From the human T2T-CHM13v2.0 reference genome, Homo sapiens: a stretch of 64,000 nucleotides of DNA. The translations under genes were made by a program, and so were the position numbers. This document shows, in pieces, positions 31,581 to 50,269 of the stretch; position 1 is the first letter of the stretch, and every line of letters starts with the position of its first letter. The notes under the pieces are model-generated. The model was given only the letters and a program-made list of their open reading frames with translations. It searched no databases and was not told the origin of the DNA. The stretch lies in assembly GCF_009914755.1 (NCBI RefSeq), contig NC_060933.1, one strand, 5' to 3'.

Positions 31581-31960
31581 AGTGCAGAATCTGATGCATA
31601 TTAGGTATACAGTTTTGTTGAATGAGTTTGTGTGTGTGGTCCTATACTAAGAAGTAGAGCTGTTTCTCCTTCCCTCTCCTTAGTTCTTTCACCTCTGGGG
31701 CAATGGCCCAAGAACTCACTTCAACAACAGTGGGTGGGTGTATTCTCTTGATTTGGTCTATACTCAGGTTGTAATTTGCTGATGTTGTTGCGTTCGGAGC
31801 ACCCAGTATGTGATAATGGTAGATAATAAAATCGATTAAAGTAATGATAGTAAACATAGTCGATTAAAGTAATGATAGTCACAAGAATGTTCAAGAAAAT
31901 GTGAGTAACCTTCCTGCTTCAGACCTTCAGTTGCCCTTCTTACCTTCTCAGAGACAAACG

Positions 31961-32583
31961 CTGTGGGGGTTTTAAAACATGTTTGCAAATTCTTTGACAC
32001 TCTTCCCAACAGGAGAGTGATATGCTATATGACACTGACGTATTCTAGGTAAACTTTTTGTTTCCTCCCCCTTTAATCAAGACACACTTAGGACTGCTTT
32101 GGTCAATAGGGCATAGCAGAAGTGAATCTATGTAACTTCTGGGACTGAATCATCACAGACCATGCAGTTTCTGCCTTCTGTCACTGCAACATTCACTCTT
32201 GGAGTCCTGACTGACCTCTTATGTAAAACATTTCACTATCCTGAGGCTACCATGCTGTGAGGAAGCCCAAGTCACATGAAAAGGCCCTGTTTAGGCATTC
32301 CAGTAGACCGTCCCAGCTGAGCCTAGCCTTTGAATCATTTCTGCCCAGGTGCCAGAAATGGCAAAGAAGCCTCCAGATGATGGTAGCCCCAAGATGAGAT
32401 ACACATAACCCTTCAAGTCTTTCTACTTCAGGCCACAGACATAATGGAGCAGAGACAAGCCATCCACAATGTGCCCTATTCAAATTCTTGATCGACAGGA
32501 TCCAAGAAAAGACTAAAAGGATGGTTGTTTCACACCACTAAGTTTTGGGGTAGTTTGTTATGCAGATTTGATAACCTGAACAA
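31961..32583 (+). mobile_element. MLT1 (MaLR) solo LTR
   Basis: MLT1F/G-like body; ends taagttttggggtagtttgttatgcag..gataacctgaaca. Confidence 0.75.
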
Positions 32584-32823
32584 TCAGTGTGATTGTGTGT
32601 CTGCTCAGAGAAATCTGTATATTCTTAATGTCACTTTCTCTTTTTCCTTAAACTTAAATATTTTTTCTTGTTACATAATAGTTGTACCTATTTATGGGGT
32701 ATATGTGAGATTTTGATACAAGTGTACTTCCTTTTTCCTTTTAACACAAACTGAAGCAGACTATGCACCCTGTTATGTACCATATGTTTTACAAGGGAAC
32801 TATTTTTAAAATGCTTTACTTAC

Positions 32824-32955
32824 AGGTTTGCGAACGTCAGGTAACGTAATCCAGAGAGGAAACACTATGGGGAAAACAATCAGAAACGTGACTTGCTTGC
32901 GGGTTTCAGAAGGCCAGGCAAGGCTGAGAGGCTGGTCCTCCTCCTCATCAGCGGT
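32824..32955 (-). CDS. SLC24A2: SLC24A2 coding exon, 132 nt, phase 0-0: TADEEEDQPLSLAWPSETRKQVTFLIVFPIVFPLWITLPDVRKP
   Basis: Acceptor ttctaccacag|ACC, donor CCT|gtaagt; lies within ORF 32806-33048. Confidence 0.96.
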
Positions 32956-35900
32956 CTGTGGTAGAAAAAGAGGTAAAATTAAACAAACAAAAAAATTAAA
33001 TGTACACAGGCACAACAACAGGAGCACAGAACAAAGGGGAAGCTCCATGTCTTATCAGTTTTCTGGACTCGTTCCAGTAGCTTCATATGTGTGATTTTGA
33101 GATTTGTCACAGTCTGAGTCCTAGGAACAAATAATACATTGTCCAGCCATGAGCACGTAAGAATTTTCTTTTATCTCCTTGAATGCTCTTCAGTTTCTCA
33201 TGTTCATCAACTGATTATTCAACTGGAGTGGGCTACAACTACAATTCACGAGCTTCTTATAACAAACTATATCTGTGGAGGAAAAGACTTGATGACCACC
33301 ATCTCCCCATCTTTCCTTCTCCTTGAAGACAGAGTCACAAGCTTTCAGGCTCCTTGGGAAGGAGAGCACTGACAAAAAATATTTCTTTTTCTCTTTTTTT
33401 TTTTTTTTGGAACACTGATTTTCATCAGGCAAATGAAAGTAACCACAGAAACAATTCAGTAATACTACTAAGAGAGATTAACTTCCCACTGGCCTTGGAA
33501 TAGCTAAGTGCATTGATTTTTGTGTAGTTGTGAGTTTTTTTCTTTCATTGATATTTTACGTATTTCTGGGGTAAATGTATTTTTTACATGCATTGAATGT
33601 GTAATGATCAAGTCAGGGTATTTGGGGCCTCCATCACCTTGAGTGTTTATCATTTCTATGTGTGGTAACATTCCAAGCCCTCTCTTCTAGCTTTGGAATA
33701 TATAGTGTGTTGTTGCTAGCTACGGTCACCCTAGTCTCCTAAGGAACATTAGGGCTGATTTCTTCTATCTAACTGTAAGTTTGTACCCATTGACCGACCT
33801 CTCTTCATTTCTCCCTGTCACCCCCACACCCTTCTCAGGTTGTGAGTTGGTCACCTGTTTAACCACAGCTAAATTCTAAACCATTGTACTTGCAGCCAAA
33901 GACAACTTATGCAAACATATGTCTCAGTCCTCAGAAACAGAAAATACAAGTCAAGCAAGACAGTGAACCTGCACGGGGTGTCGGAGCCAGGGAACAAACT
34001 TCAGAGTCTCTGACTTGGCAGCCAGTGGCCAGCGTTTTATTTGTCAGCCACTGAAGTCAGTAGCTTCTGAAGTCAGGGCTAGAAGAGATGGAGGGGGAGG
34101 GTCTGGGCCCAGCAGGGGGTGACCATTAGCCTGTCAGCTGAGCCCTCAATACTTCCAAAACAGCACTGTAGACATCATCAATCACTCCCTTCCCTGCTTG
34201 TTTGAAAATGAAAGTGCAGCAGTGGACCACGCATCAGATCTAAAAATATCAACAGGAACTTTTCCACTGATGCTTCCTTTTGAGACCATATAAATAACTT
34301 TAGAAAGCTCCTACCCCTGGGGCTCTTGCTTCCAGCACCATACACTTTTCAAACAGTAACAGCGCCCCCCTCCAGCACCTGTGTCCCTACAGAGGTGGCA
34401 TGAGGGGCAGGCTCAGGTCAGCTGGCCTTGAGGAGAGGTCAGGGCTGGGTGAGAGGCCGGGCTCACAGCAATGCTATGTCTTGTTTATTTATCTGGCAAA
34501 ACTGAGGTACTGCAGAAAGTATGTATAGTGGTTTATACAATCTCTTCAACTCTCCCTAGGAGTTACAATTTGAAATAATAATTTAAAAAAGGGATGCGAA
34601 GCCATATTGAAAAGGGTTAGTAACAACAGGTTCTTCTGCTTTGGGTATATGTCCTTGGCAGTGGGTAAAAGAATTTGTAAACAGCAAATATGGTGGAATT
34701 AAAGGGATTAGGTATAATAATAATAAGGCAGCATCAGGAAGTTGACAGTTTATTTTGGTACCCTGGATCCTTTTTAAATATACACCTCACACTCCCTATT
34801 TCTTTCTATGCAATTCACATATTATTCCATCCATTGCTTTCTTTCTTCCATCCTGAGGGCTCCCATCTTTGGTGGAAGCTTGGTGTGCTGGCTCTGGTCC
34901 CTCTTCTATGCCACCTCTGTCTCTTCCTTGTGGATATAGCAGGTGTAGAGAATATCATTCCCTATTGGGCTCACCAGCCTCCCAAGGTGTCAGCTAGCTA
35001 CGTGAATAATCTTTGTGTCATGGGGCCAATGTGGATTAAGGAGACAGGTATATTTTCCTGTCTGTTCCCTCCCAGATATGATCCTTCTTGTTTAACCCAA
35101 ATGAATGACTTTCCCCTTACCTCCTGGCAGATGCCCCAGAAATAGGCATGGGAGCCTTGGGGTATTGCATCATTCTTAATAAATACCCCATCTCACATGA
35201 GAGATGATTTTTTTTTCTAGCAGAGAGTCAGTCAGCTTCCCTGAAGACCCATCAAGCTGATGAGTTCATTAAGGCTCCTCCCCATTCTGAGATTGATGCC
35301 TCCCCCTAGCTCTGTTCATCACTACCATCCACAATCTAGCAACTTTTCTCTCGACTTCAAGCTAACCTTTTTCTGATAAAACACAAAAGCAACTCTTTAT
35401 GACTCATATCATTTTAATGACACCAACAGATGGTGACATTTCATCAATAACCCTTCTGCTTATAACCTACGGATTAGCTCCTTTCTCCATCTGCCAAAGT
35501 CACCAGGCAGGCATTGCCACTAGCAAATAGCAGAAAATAATAATTGTCTGTTTAGATGTATAAGCTCTAAACACACTACTGTCCAATGCAAACAATTAAC
35601 TATATTGAACAGCTTCCAAAGCTGCATTGGAGGTAGCTGTTGCTAGGGCAGAAATGGACTAGGAGAAGAGACTATGTCTCAGGCTGTGCCAACAGGGCTC
35701 TCCATGGAAACTTCACAGCCTCCTGGGGGCCAAGTCCTGCTACAGGGAAGTACAGGAACCTAGAATCCTGGGGTGGATTTGAGAGGTACCCCAGGAGCAA
35801 GGCTGTTGGCATACATTAGGTGAAATTATCTTTGCCAAGTAAAGTCTCACTCTGGCTCAATGGGAGGCAGTTTGCAAGCTGGTTAGAGAAGTGGAAGAAA

Positions 35901-36599
35901 AAAATACTGTTCCAAGTTTGAGGCTTATTTTGTCTTTGTTCAAACTGGATGCTCCAGGGGAGAGGCCACTGAGGTTAGGGCAGTGATTTTCCAACTTTTC
36001 CTAGAGTTGTGGTATGCTGGCTTTGACCTTGTGACAACTCACCCTTACCTCCTAAAATTTCTGCAGAGTGTCCATAGAAAACAAAACAAAGCAAAATGGT
36101 CCAGAAAGGATTCAAATGGCTTTTGATATGAGGGCTTAAAATAGTTTGATATCTGCTGGGGTCTCTGTAGAAGCCTTAGAATTGTGTAAAGCTTTAGGGC
36201 CTTGTAATCTTTGATATGAAAAATCTGACACAAAAACATATGACTTTAAGTTCCCACATGGTGGGTGGTGGTGTGTTGGTTGTCAGAACTTAAAAGAGTC
36301 AGTGCAGCATGCTGGGCAGAGTAGGTGGTAGAGAATCAGGAATCCTGAGTTCCAGTGTCTGCTCAGGCTGTGATTCCTTGGGTAGTTACCACCAACACCT
36401 GCAAGCAGTCACTAAGCACCTACAGGTGCAAAGCACTGCATTTAATTCTAGGACTCCTGCTTTCAAGGAGTCTTGGATTTAAAAGGTGAGACAGAACAGA
36501 AGATTCCAAAGAATTACTGCAGTATTTATCCAGTTACAGGGCTGCTGGCCGGTTAACGTGGCAAGAGACTACTGCTTGTCTTCCCGTATCTATTCTGCC

Positions 36600-37215
36600 T
36601 ATTATGGACTGAATTGTGTTCCCTCCAATCATGCCCCTTCCTTCTCCCCCACCCAAATTCATATGTTGAAGCTGCAACCCCCACCAGTACCTCAGAATGT
36701 GACTTATTTGGAGATAGGATCTTCAAAGAGGTAATTAAGTTAAAACAAGGCCACTAGTGTGGGTCCTAATCAAATCTACCTGGTGTCCTTATAGGAGAAT
36801 ATTAGGACACCTAGAGAGACACTAGGGGTTCCTTTGCACAGAAGAAAGGCCACATGAAGATGGGGACACAGCAAGAAGGCAGCGCGGCAGCAAGCAAAGG
36901 AGAGAGGCCTCTGAGGAAACCAACCCTGCCAAACACCTGCTGCTTGGACTTCTAGCGTCCAGAACTGTGGTAAAGTAGCTTTCAACAAAAAGTGATACAA
37001 ATAAAAAGCAATACAGTGTAACAACTATTTACATAGCATTTACATTGCATTAGGCATTCTAAGCAATCTAGAGATGATTTAAAGGATATGGGAGGATATA
37101 TATTTGTTATATGCAAATTCTACCCCATTTTATATCAGGGACTTGAGCATCCATGGAATTTGGTAACCTTGGGGATCTTGGAACCAGTCCCCCACGGATA
37201 GCAAGGGATGACAGT
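36600..37215. mobile_element. MLT1A/B-like LTR fragment followed by a MER2 fragment
   Basis: cctcagaatgtgacttatttggagatagg (MaLR); atttacatagcatttacattg...cccacggatagcaagggatgacagta (MER2). Confidence 0.7.
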
Positions 37216-38322
37216 ACTGCCTTTATGCTTTAACAAATGGAAAGCTTGCTTTTACCTAGGCTTGGAATAAAGACTCTGGTTTTCAGCCTTCTCGGCAAGG
37301 TGTGGCAATGTGATTAAGTTCTGGCCAAAGGATGTATTGGAAGTGTCCTTCATACAACTTCCTGGATCTATCTTTAAAGGGTGCGGATGCACCCTTCCTC
37401 CTTCCTTCCTCTTTCTTGCTGGCTGGAGGGGACATTTTGACCACAGCAGAAGATAATCTTGGGCCATGGGGTGGAGGAACAATATATGAGGCTCTGAGTT
37501 TCTGACACCCATCAAGGGCCATTCGTGCCCTGGACTGCCTATACTGACTTGAGAGATAATCAGAAACTGATGACTGATGGCAATGCTTCCGGGATAAAGG
37601 CACCCACATGCTGTGACTGCATTTGCTGAGCAGCCTGGGATCACTCTATGAATTACATAGGAAGCAGGAATCTGGTCTCTCTATAAGATATCTTATTAAT
37701 GCAGGTCAGGGGGCCACATGTTAACACTAGACTAGGTGTCAAAATGCAGGACTTAACACTGGTTTTCTTGGTGTTTATAGGAAATTCTGCCCAAGTCATG
37801 CACCCACTTCACATCACAATATGTTCTTTCTCACAGGGATAATCAAAAGGGCACTCTTAAAAAAAAAATTATCTTATTCAAGCCATTGTTATTTTGGGTT
37901 TTTAGTTCTTTACAGTGCAAGTTTATCCTAACTGATCTAGTGTTCTCTTTATGAGGACTCAAGGGAGAAACAGCTCTCAAATCTCAGCACTAAGAAAAGT
38001 CAGACCTCTTCTGAGAAACTGAAAAATCTTAGAAATACTATGAGTCATGTAATCGATAAGATTCTTTCTGTGTTTTGTTCACTGGGGAGTTCAGAGCCAA
38101 ATTTGTAACCTGTACCCAACAATGACAGTGGTGGATCTGTGCTCACCATGTTGCGGTCTTAGTACTGTCATTTCTCATCCTGGGCTGTATTTTCTCAAAA
38201 CCATTCATTTTATCCTTTTTCCTCAGATGTATTTTTGTAAGTAGCCTCGAATCTTGTGAAAAAAGGTGAGGCAGGCGTAAATAAAAAAAGTAACATTCTT
38301 CAGTGGTGTAATAGAAATTTTA

Positions 38323-38754
<432 letters not shown>

Positions 38755-39979
38755 TCAGAACTCTTACACAGCACAGAAGACGAGTTTCACGGGTCACTCA
38801 GCATCTACTGGAAGGGTAAAATCAGCTTGCCTTTATTTTTATCTGGTAAATGGGAGGTACAGCAGTAGCTGGTCCAGATGCTCATAGCATCATGATAATC
38901 CATTTAGCTTCTTTGCATGTACATCTTACACTTTTTCCATTTGAATTTGGTATAGAAGTTTGCCCCCAAATAAACATCAGGTCTTTGGTGGAGAAGCCTG
39001 AGTTGGATTCACCAGTTCAGAGGTTGCCTCAGAAGCCAGAAAAATATTTCTTGGAGGCAACCCGGTTTCTTATTTTTTGTCTGTGAAGGGCACTGAGCAA
39101 GATTCCAGAGTGAAGGTGAGCCCACTTTAACACAATCTCTCCTATCAGAGAATTAAAGTGAAAACTCAGGAGGCATCTGAAAATAGGCCTAATTCAAGTT
39201 CAGTTTTATTGACTGGTAATAACATCTCATCACCAGTTCACAAGGAGCAATCTCGGAGGATCACCCAGGTTTGCCTAAATCCCAGTTGAGGCTTGATTCA
39301 GGCTGGGAGTGAAGTTCTTACATCTCTCCCCCGGCTCACTGTAACACTTAGGAGTGCTACCTCTTATCATTGGGAAGCCTGTTCAGTGTGGAATGATGCT
39401 GGGTCAAAATAGAATGTCAGCACTTACGTATTTTACATAAAAACATAATTCATTGACTTTAAAAACACTAGTGCCTCTCACTGCCTTCTAGGCCCCACCA
39501 GACGTTAAACACTATGTTATTGCAAGGCAGAGCTCATTTGTCTCCTGGGATGTTTTAATGTGGGTTACCTTCCTGTACAAGAACTTCTTACTCAATTAAT
39601 CATATGGACAATAATAGATCACAACAGACAAGCTGCAATCATAGATGTCTGCAGTCATTTAGGAGCTTTAGGCCCCAAGAAAAGGAGCTCCAGAATTTCA
39701 GAGTAGGTAAGGTCCTGTCCTTGAGACCAGCCCCCTCATTTGATGGGTAGGGAACCTGAGATGGAGTGACCTGCTGAACAAAAGTGACAGTGCTAGGCCA
39801 ACCCTGAGTAACCCCTAAGTCCCAGCTTAAGGATCTTCCCCTATTCCACACTCCCCACTTTCCTCAGTTCTAAAAATAGATATGAATGGGCTTTACATCC
39901 AGTTATACCAGGATTCTCAGCTTTGTTTTGTAATAAATTAAACCCATTAAAATAAAAGCTAGGTATAGCAAACATGAAG

Positions 39980-40421
39980 TGTAGGAGTTCAGTCAGGGTG
40001 GTGGGAACAATTGTAAGAGGAAATTACAGGAAAGAGAAGCAAACCTTCTTGGAAGGCCTGGGGGTGTTTTACAAAGCTTTGGGGAAGAATGAGCCGAAGG
40101 CGGTGGTTCTTATCCTGGGGCAGAGGGCGAGAAGTAGGTACAAAATAATACAAGGGAGTTTATCTGAATAGCTTGTTTACTCATGTCTCCAGAAACGTGA
40201 CCTTTAATCATCCATGTGTAATTACCCTGTAGTGGTGTTGACTCAAAGCCTTTGTCATTAAATCTGTGCTGAATAAATGCTGGCAGGGCCAGCTAGTCAA
40301 GGCATGCAGCTGCCACAGCTCTGAGTGGCCCAGCCCCCTAGCTGCTCTTTCACTGAATATTGGTGTCTGAGTATGTTATTCATCCATCGTGCAGCCTGGG
40401 TCTGTGGGTCAGACCCCAGTA
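39980..40421 (+). mobile_element. Solo ERV LTR, LTR22-like (HERV-K HML-5)
   Basis: Starts TGTAGGAGTTCAGTCAGGGTGGTGGG, has AATAAA at ~40272, ends ggtcagaccccagta; flanked by a near-TSD atgaag/atgaaa. Family call is from memory. Confidence 0.7.
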
Positions 40422-40502
40422 ATGAAACATTTAATTGACTTTTTTTTTTTTTATATTTTCTTGAGCCTAAAACTAATTTCTAATGGTCTAAATGGCTCAC
40501 AT

Positions 40503-40793
40503 TTCTTTTTTTTTTTTTTGAGACAGGGTCTCACTCTGTCACCTAGACTAGAGTGCTAGAGTGCAGTGGCATGATCTCAGCTCACTGTAGCCTCCATCTC
40601 CCTGGGCTCAAGCAATCCTCCCACTTCAGCCTCCCAAGTAGCTGAGACTACACGTATGCACCACCATAGCTAATTTTTGTTTATTTTTTGTAGAGACAAG
40701 ATTTCACTTAGTTGCCCAGGCTGACTCAAGTGATCCTCCTGCCTTGGCCTCCCAAAGTGCTGGGATTATGGGTGTGAGCTACTGTTCCAGGCC
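40503..40793 (-). mobile_element. AluJ
   Basis: Dimeric Alu with internal indels. Confidence 0.85.
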
Positions 40794-42964
40794 TCACATT
40801 TCCTTAAAAAGCTGATAAGAAACATCTGAATGTTGTATTCTTTTCCTTTTCTCAGAGTCATATAACATCCACGGCAGCATTGAAAGTGAAATGAAGGGCA
40901 GACCTGGGGGTGTGTGGAGAGTAGGGGCCACTGAGATGCCCTCTTCTCTCCTTTAGCTTACTGAGTAACATCTCCAAGTTCCTAGGTGCAAATTTAAAAA
41001 TGAAGTGCAGGTGCTAAGTCACCAATGAACATCAGGACCTCAAATATAAGTTAGGAAGAAAGACTTGTCTTTTAGCATCTCTACCCAAGAAAAAGGTATA
41101 GAGATTTAGCTCAGTCTGATGTAGGGAGGAGGTGGCAACCAAGTGCACTATGGCCAAAATGAGGGCTTGTGATTTTATGTGCACTTCATTGCTGATGGCA
41201 CCCCTGATTCCCATAACTGTGGATAATCTTGGTCTGGCTACTTCTAAAATGGATATCTGGGGGACACTGTAGAAGATGGATTAAGCCCTTTATAACAATA
41301 AACTTTCCTGGGGCTAACTTTAGCAAGAACTGAAATAGGAGATAATTTTCAGACTTCAACATTCAGTGTTCAAAGGCCAACAGAGCCCCATGAGAAGAAT
41401 ATGCACAACAAAAACAGCATCATCTTTAAACAAGGAACTATCCTGCTTCTCTTCCTACCTCCCTCCTCTTTCATTATTGGAGCATTGAAAATACTCTCAC
41501 TGACAAAGGCGGCATGTTTTATTTTTCCAATTAGGTTTCCTTGGAAACTGGTAAAAAGGTATGTGCCTATATAGTGAGTGTGTGGGAGGCTCCTAGGAGA
41601 AGACATCTTGAGAGTGTCTTACCTAATTGCAGGGATGGTTGGAGAAGGGATCGAGAGACAAAGACCCACTTTTCATATGGTTTTCTACTAAATAGGAAGT
41701 CAAGCCCAAGGCTGTCTTAAATACCCATTCTTTTACAACATGGTTGTTATAAAATTAACTAGGATAATCCAGGAAGGCACTTACAAGAGTATTTGGCACA
41801 TAGTGAACACTCAAACATTCAAACAAATGTTACTTAATTAAAGTAAATATTTAGAAAAATAATTTCTTCAAAGACATGTAGGAGAAAAAAAGCTTGACTA
41901 GGTGAATTATAACATTTCCAGCAATATGATTCTATAATTATTTGATTTGAAGGTGGAAAATGCAAAAATTTTGTACCTCCATCTATCCACTTACCCAATA
42001 TTTATCAAGCATTCATTGACTTTAGTGATATCAATAATTTCTTATTCTCTCAGGCAATGTGAATAAATAGAAAGCCTTTGTAAATAAGATGAAAGGCAAA
42101 ATTTCACAGCACTAAGGAGAAAATACGATTTTATTCCAGTAGGCAAGCTTTAAGTAGACTTACTATCAGAAACAAAGCTTCTAAGCAGGGGGCAAGACTC
42201 ATAATATTGTGACATCTTAATTCTGTGTTTTGTGCAGAGCTGAAAACAATGGTAGAGTTGGAACTCTTGAAGGTAAAATTACCAAAAGTGCATAGTCACA
42301 CTTTGAAACAGGGAAACGCTCTGAAATCAACAACTATTTGCCAAATGAAAGGTGCCCCCCCAGAAACATTCCATAGAACACTCTCCATTTTGTAAGTTTA
42401 AATCACACTACACATTTCACAAAGGAAATACCTATAAACTCCCACCCAAAACAGTGGCTGGCTCAGAAATAGTAAGTTATTCTCACCTCCATTGTTTCCT
42501 AAACATATTGCCTAATTAGTGGGATCAGCATACTAATGACCTTCCTTATGTCAATGGACTACAAAAATAGAACATTATACTTGAAATTGAAATATGGGAG
42601 ACTGACCCATAAAATTATTCACTACTGGGTTGTGGATCATTTTGGTCTCACCGACCCAAACACCTGACCTCACAATCTCTAAGTGACACATGGAAAATGA
42701 ACTTTTGGGACCCTGAAACTGTAGTTTAGGACTTGCCAAACAAGGTGTGCTGTGAGTCACTTCCAAAGCAAACCCCGAGTTCAGGGATGGCTTTCCTAAG
42801 GGCTCTAAGGCTGAGGATAAAGCATCATTTGCTTTTCTTCTTTGAAAAGGTATGAAAACAGGGAGAGTCTGGAAGAAGAAAAACCGTTAGACCATATGAT
42901 AGAAACCAGAGAGCTGTATTCAGAAAAGTTCAGTTACTCAACTCTGATGTCAGTCCCTACTGAC

Positions 42965-43389
42965 TGTTATAGACTGAAAGTTTATGAGCCCGCCCCCCAC
43001 CCCCAATTCATATTCCCAAACTCTACTCTCTACACTCCTCTGTATTCAGAGATGAGGCCTCTAATGAAGTGATTAAGGTTAAATGAGGTAATAAGGGTGG
43101 GGCCCTGATCCAATAGGATCATAAGATATACCAGAAGGCTTGTGCTCTCTCTCTGTCTCTATGTCCCCCTCTTTCCCCTCAGGGTGCACATGCACCAAGG
43201 GAAAGCCACGTGAAGACATAATGAGACAGCAGCCATCTGCAAACCAAAACGGAAGCCCTTACCAGAGACTGAATCTGCCAGAACCTTGATCTTGGACTTC
43301 CAACCCCTAGATCTGTGGCAAAATAAACTGTTGTTTAAGCCACCAAGTCTCTGGTATTTTTTTCTGGCAGCCCCAGTAGGCTAATACAA
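42965..43389 (+). mobile_element. MaLR solo LTR (MLT1A/MSTD-like)
   Basis: gattaaggttaaatgagg...gggtggggccctgatccaatagga ... ends ggctaataca. Confidence 0.75.
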
Positions 43390-43524
43390 TGCCCATAAGG
43401 ATGTTTATCTTTTTCAAAGGTCTCATTTTTGAATAGATCTTTTTGCTTTGAAATAAATCATTGTGTTCACGTAGTTTATTTTTAAATTGTCCCTTTTTTC
43501 CACTCATTCTTTATTGAGCCATAG

Positions 43525-43993
<469 letters not shown>

Positions 43994-44016
43994 TAAGATA
44001 AGTGAAAAAGAGGTAA

Positions 44017-44415
<399 letters not shown>

Positions 44416-45506
44416 GAAAACAGACTTCTTAAAAATGATAAATCGTTGCTTGCCTGGTGGTAGAAAATAGTATACTCCCTTATAATACCATCATATGGTT
44501 TGTTTTATATATAGATGGAAAAAATCAAGAATTTGGCACCCTAAACACAACATGAGAAGGTTTCACTCAGTAATGGCCTCCTGAAAACAACTTAATCTTC
44601 TTGGACAAGACTCTGAACTGAAATCAAGGTTTCAAAATATTTTGTTGTGAGTGATGAAGCTGTCTGGACCTAACTTTTCCGAGAGGCCAAGAAACCATTC
44701 TGTAATCCTGCAAAATGGTTTCTGAAGAGTCTGGTGAAATGCAACTGTTATCCCTCACTTTGCATTTTGCTCCAACGATTCTGAGGTGCAACTTATGGAT
44801 GAGACTGATTTCTTTCCATATTGCTGTAGTAAATTGGTTTTTGTTGTTTTCATGGGCTTTGTAAATCTTGCTGATAAAATCCATAAGTGATTTGCTAACA
44901 TAAAAGCTAACTGGAGAAACATAAAAAATAATTCAAAAATCATTTCATCTTATCAACTGGATTAAAATTAAAATTATTAGAAATACTAATGATAGTATTT
45001 CTTTCCAGAGTGGTAATGGAGTTTTTTTCCTTTTTATTAATAGCCCTTAATGTATCTTATGGGAACAATTAATAGACATTCTTCAAACTCCTTCAGAAAG
45101 CCCAATGACAAGTGGCATTTTTACCAGCGAGATTCTCAGCGAATATATAATTCTTTGTCAATATTCAAATTAAGGCAGAAACTCTAGAGTCTGATCTGTA
45201 TCTATTTCATCTTTTAAATGTGTTGAAAGGCCTCTGAGTGCATCTTAAGCAGTTGGTAAATATTTTTCAGGTCATCACATACAGGAACTGGACCCCAGTT
45301 TTTCCTAAAAAAATATGTATGTACAGATGACAGAAAAAAAATTGCCTTCAGAAAATGGAACCCATGTGCCAAGGCCTGGTCAGTAAAAAAATCCCTAATT
45401 TTTGCTTGTTTTATAATTTGTCTTAGGTTTTCTCTGACACTAGTGGATTTCTTTTTTAAGGCAGTCATAGTTCTAATACTGTTCAGGCCTTGAAAAATCC
45501 AATATA

Positions 45507-45808
<302 letters not shown>

Positions 45809-46316
45809 CAGTCTGATGAAGAGTCTTTTGATATTCTTATTTCTTTCACTATTCAGCTTTGGCATCTCTTCCCCCAGCACTGCTCTTGTGTTCTAGTGGT
45901 GTCAGACATAAATACACACACACCGCTTTTCACCAATGCCTCTACTTCTTGGGTGGCAGAACCTCTTATTATACTTCACTGATGTTCCAGGAGATTGAAA
46001 AACCAGGGAAATGCAATTCTTGCCTATTTATTTTTAAAGTTTGAAAATGGTGGACCTGACTGTTACCCCTTAATTAATTATTTAGAAAGGCGACTTTCTC
46101 TTTGGAGGTTCCCAAACCCTGTATTAAACCTCACCACTGCTAAGCACTTAAATGTTTGCTTACTAAGGATAATATTTTAGGAAGAAAGACATCATATGAA
46201 TTCAGGTACCGTATGCTTGGATAATCTTAGAAATCCCTATCAGAGCTAACATTTTTTGACCAACATTTATTACGAAATCTTCCAAAGAGGGTCTAAAATC
46301 ATAGCTGCAACTTTAA

Positions 46317-46796
<480 letters not shown>

Positions 46797-47645
46797 ATGA
46801 CATGTTTTTTAAAATCAACCTCAGAGAACTAAATTTAATAGTAGGAAGATGTTTTTGAGCATTTCTCTTTTTAAAAAGAGAAATTAAAAAACCACAGTCA
46901 CTTCCATCATGTTTCCCCTACTCATTCTTCACTTAGTGACATAAAACTCAAACATTTTTATCAGCACCATGAGGCTTTATAAAAGCAGATCTTAAAAACT
47001 CCACTGAGTTTAGGTAAAGATAACAGTATGGAGAAATAAGTCAGAGCTGAATTCCTAAGAAGAGAAAGAGCTTAATATGGCAAGGTAATATTTGAATTGT
47101 AAAGTAGCAATAAAATCACTTGCATATTACACATTCTCTGTCTTCAGTCATCTGTTATCTACCTACCTATCTCTCTCTGTATCTATCTGTCTATCAATCA
47201 CATTCCTAGGAATGTCATTTTCTTATATAAATCTGTTTGCCCACAGGTGCATTTGGGAAGCTCTTAGCCAAAGCAGGGACAATTCTGATTTCCCTAAGGA
47301 CAGAAGGAAATCTTAGAAGTGAAATGAAATAAAAACTGCAACACATAAAAAGCCGTCTCATGCTACATGAAAATGTAGGACACAGTTTTTAAAAGTTGAA
47401 TTTTTAGATTTTCGAATCTAAGGAATTTGCAAGTCTCTCCCCCTTCTACCCTCATTGTGAGCGTATTTAAATGGTTTTGATGTGTCACAGCAGCAGGGAT
47501 TATGATGCAGCAGGCAGGCAGTTTTGCAGTGTATGTGGGCCAAGTGCAAATCACCCATCTAGATTGGCAAAATTGAAATGTAAGAAAATGCTAGGTTCTG
47601 GGTGGGAGAGCATATTGCCTTGAATTGTCTTTCAAACCTGGCTAA

Positions 47646-49788
<2,143 letters not shown>

Positions 49789-49899
49789 TAAACCTAGAAA
49801 AGAATCTGGAAAAAAAAAAAAGAAAATCTGCTTTTTGGAAACAAAAACCAAACACTTTGCCATCATACTAAAAAACGAGAAGTAAAAGTAAGGAATATG

Positions 49900-50269
<370 letters not shown>

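Noticed and set aside
29857-31604. Similar peptides (VMTTALADA) in ORFs on opposite strands as a small gene family
   Set aside because: Frames are not maintained between the arms; the similarity is a by-product of the DNA inverted repeat.
34330-34385. REST/RE1-like half sites (also 57361 and 46962) and CTCF-like motifs (34109, 34360)
   Set aside because: Only half-sites or partial matches with wrong spacing; expected by chance without binding data.
44624-44943. 86-aa ORF and small hairpins as a pseudogene or ncRNA
   Set aside because: No recognisable homology, no poly(A) or TSD, and the stems are too short to be meaningful.
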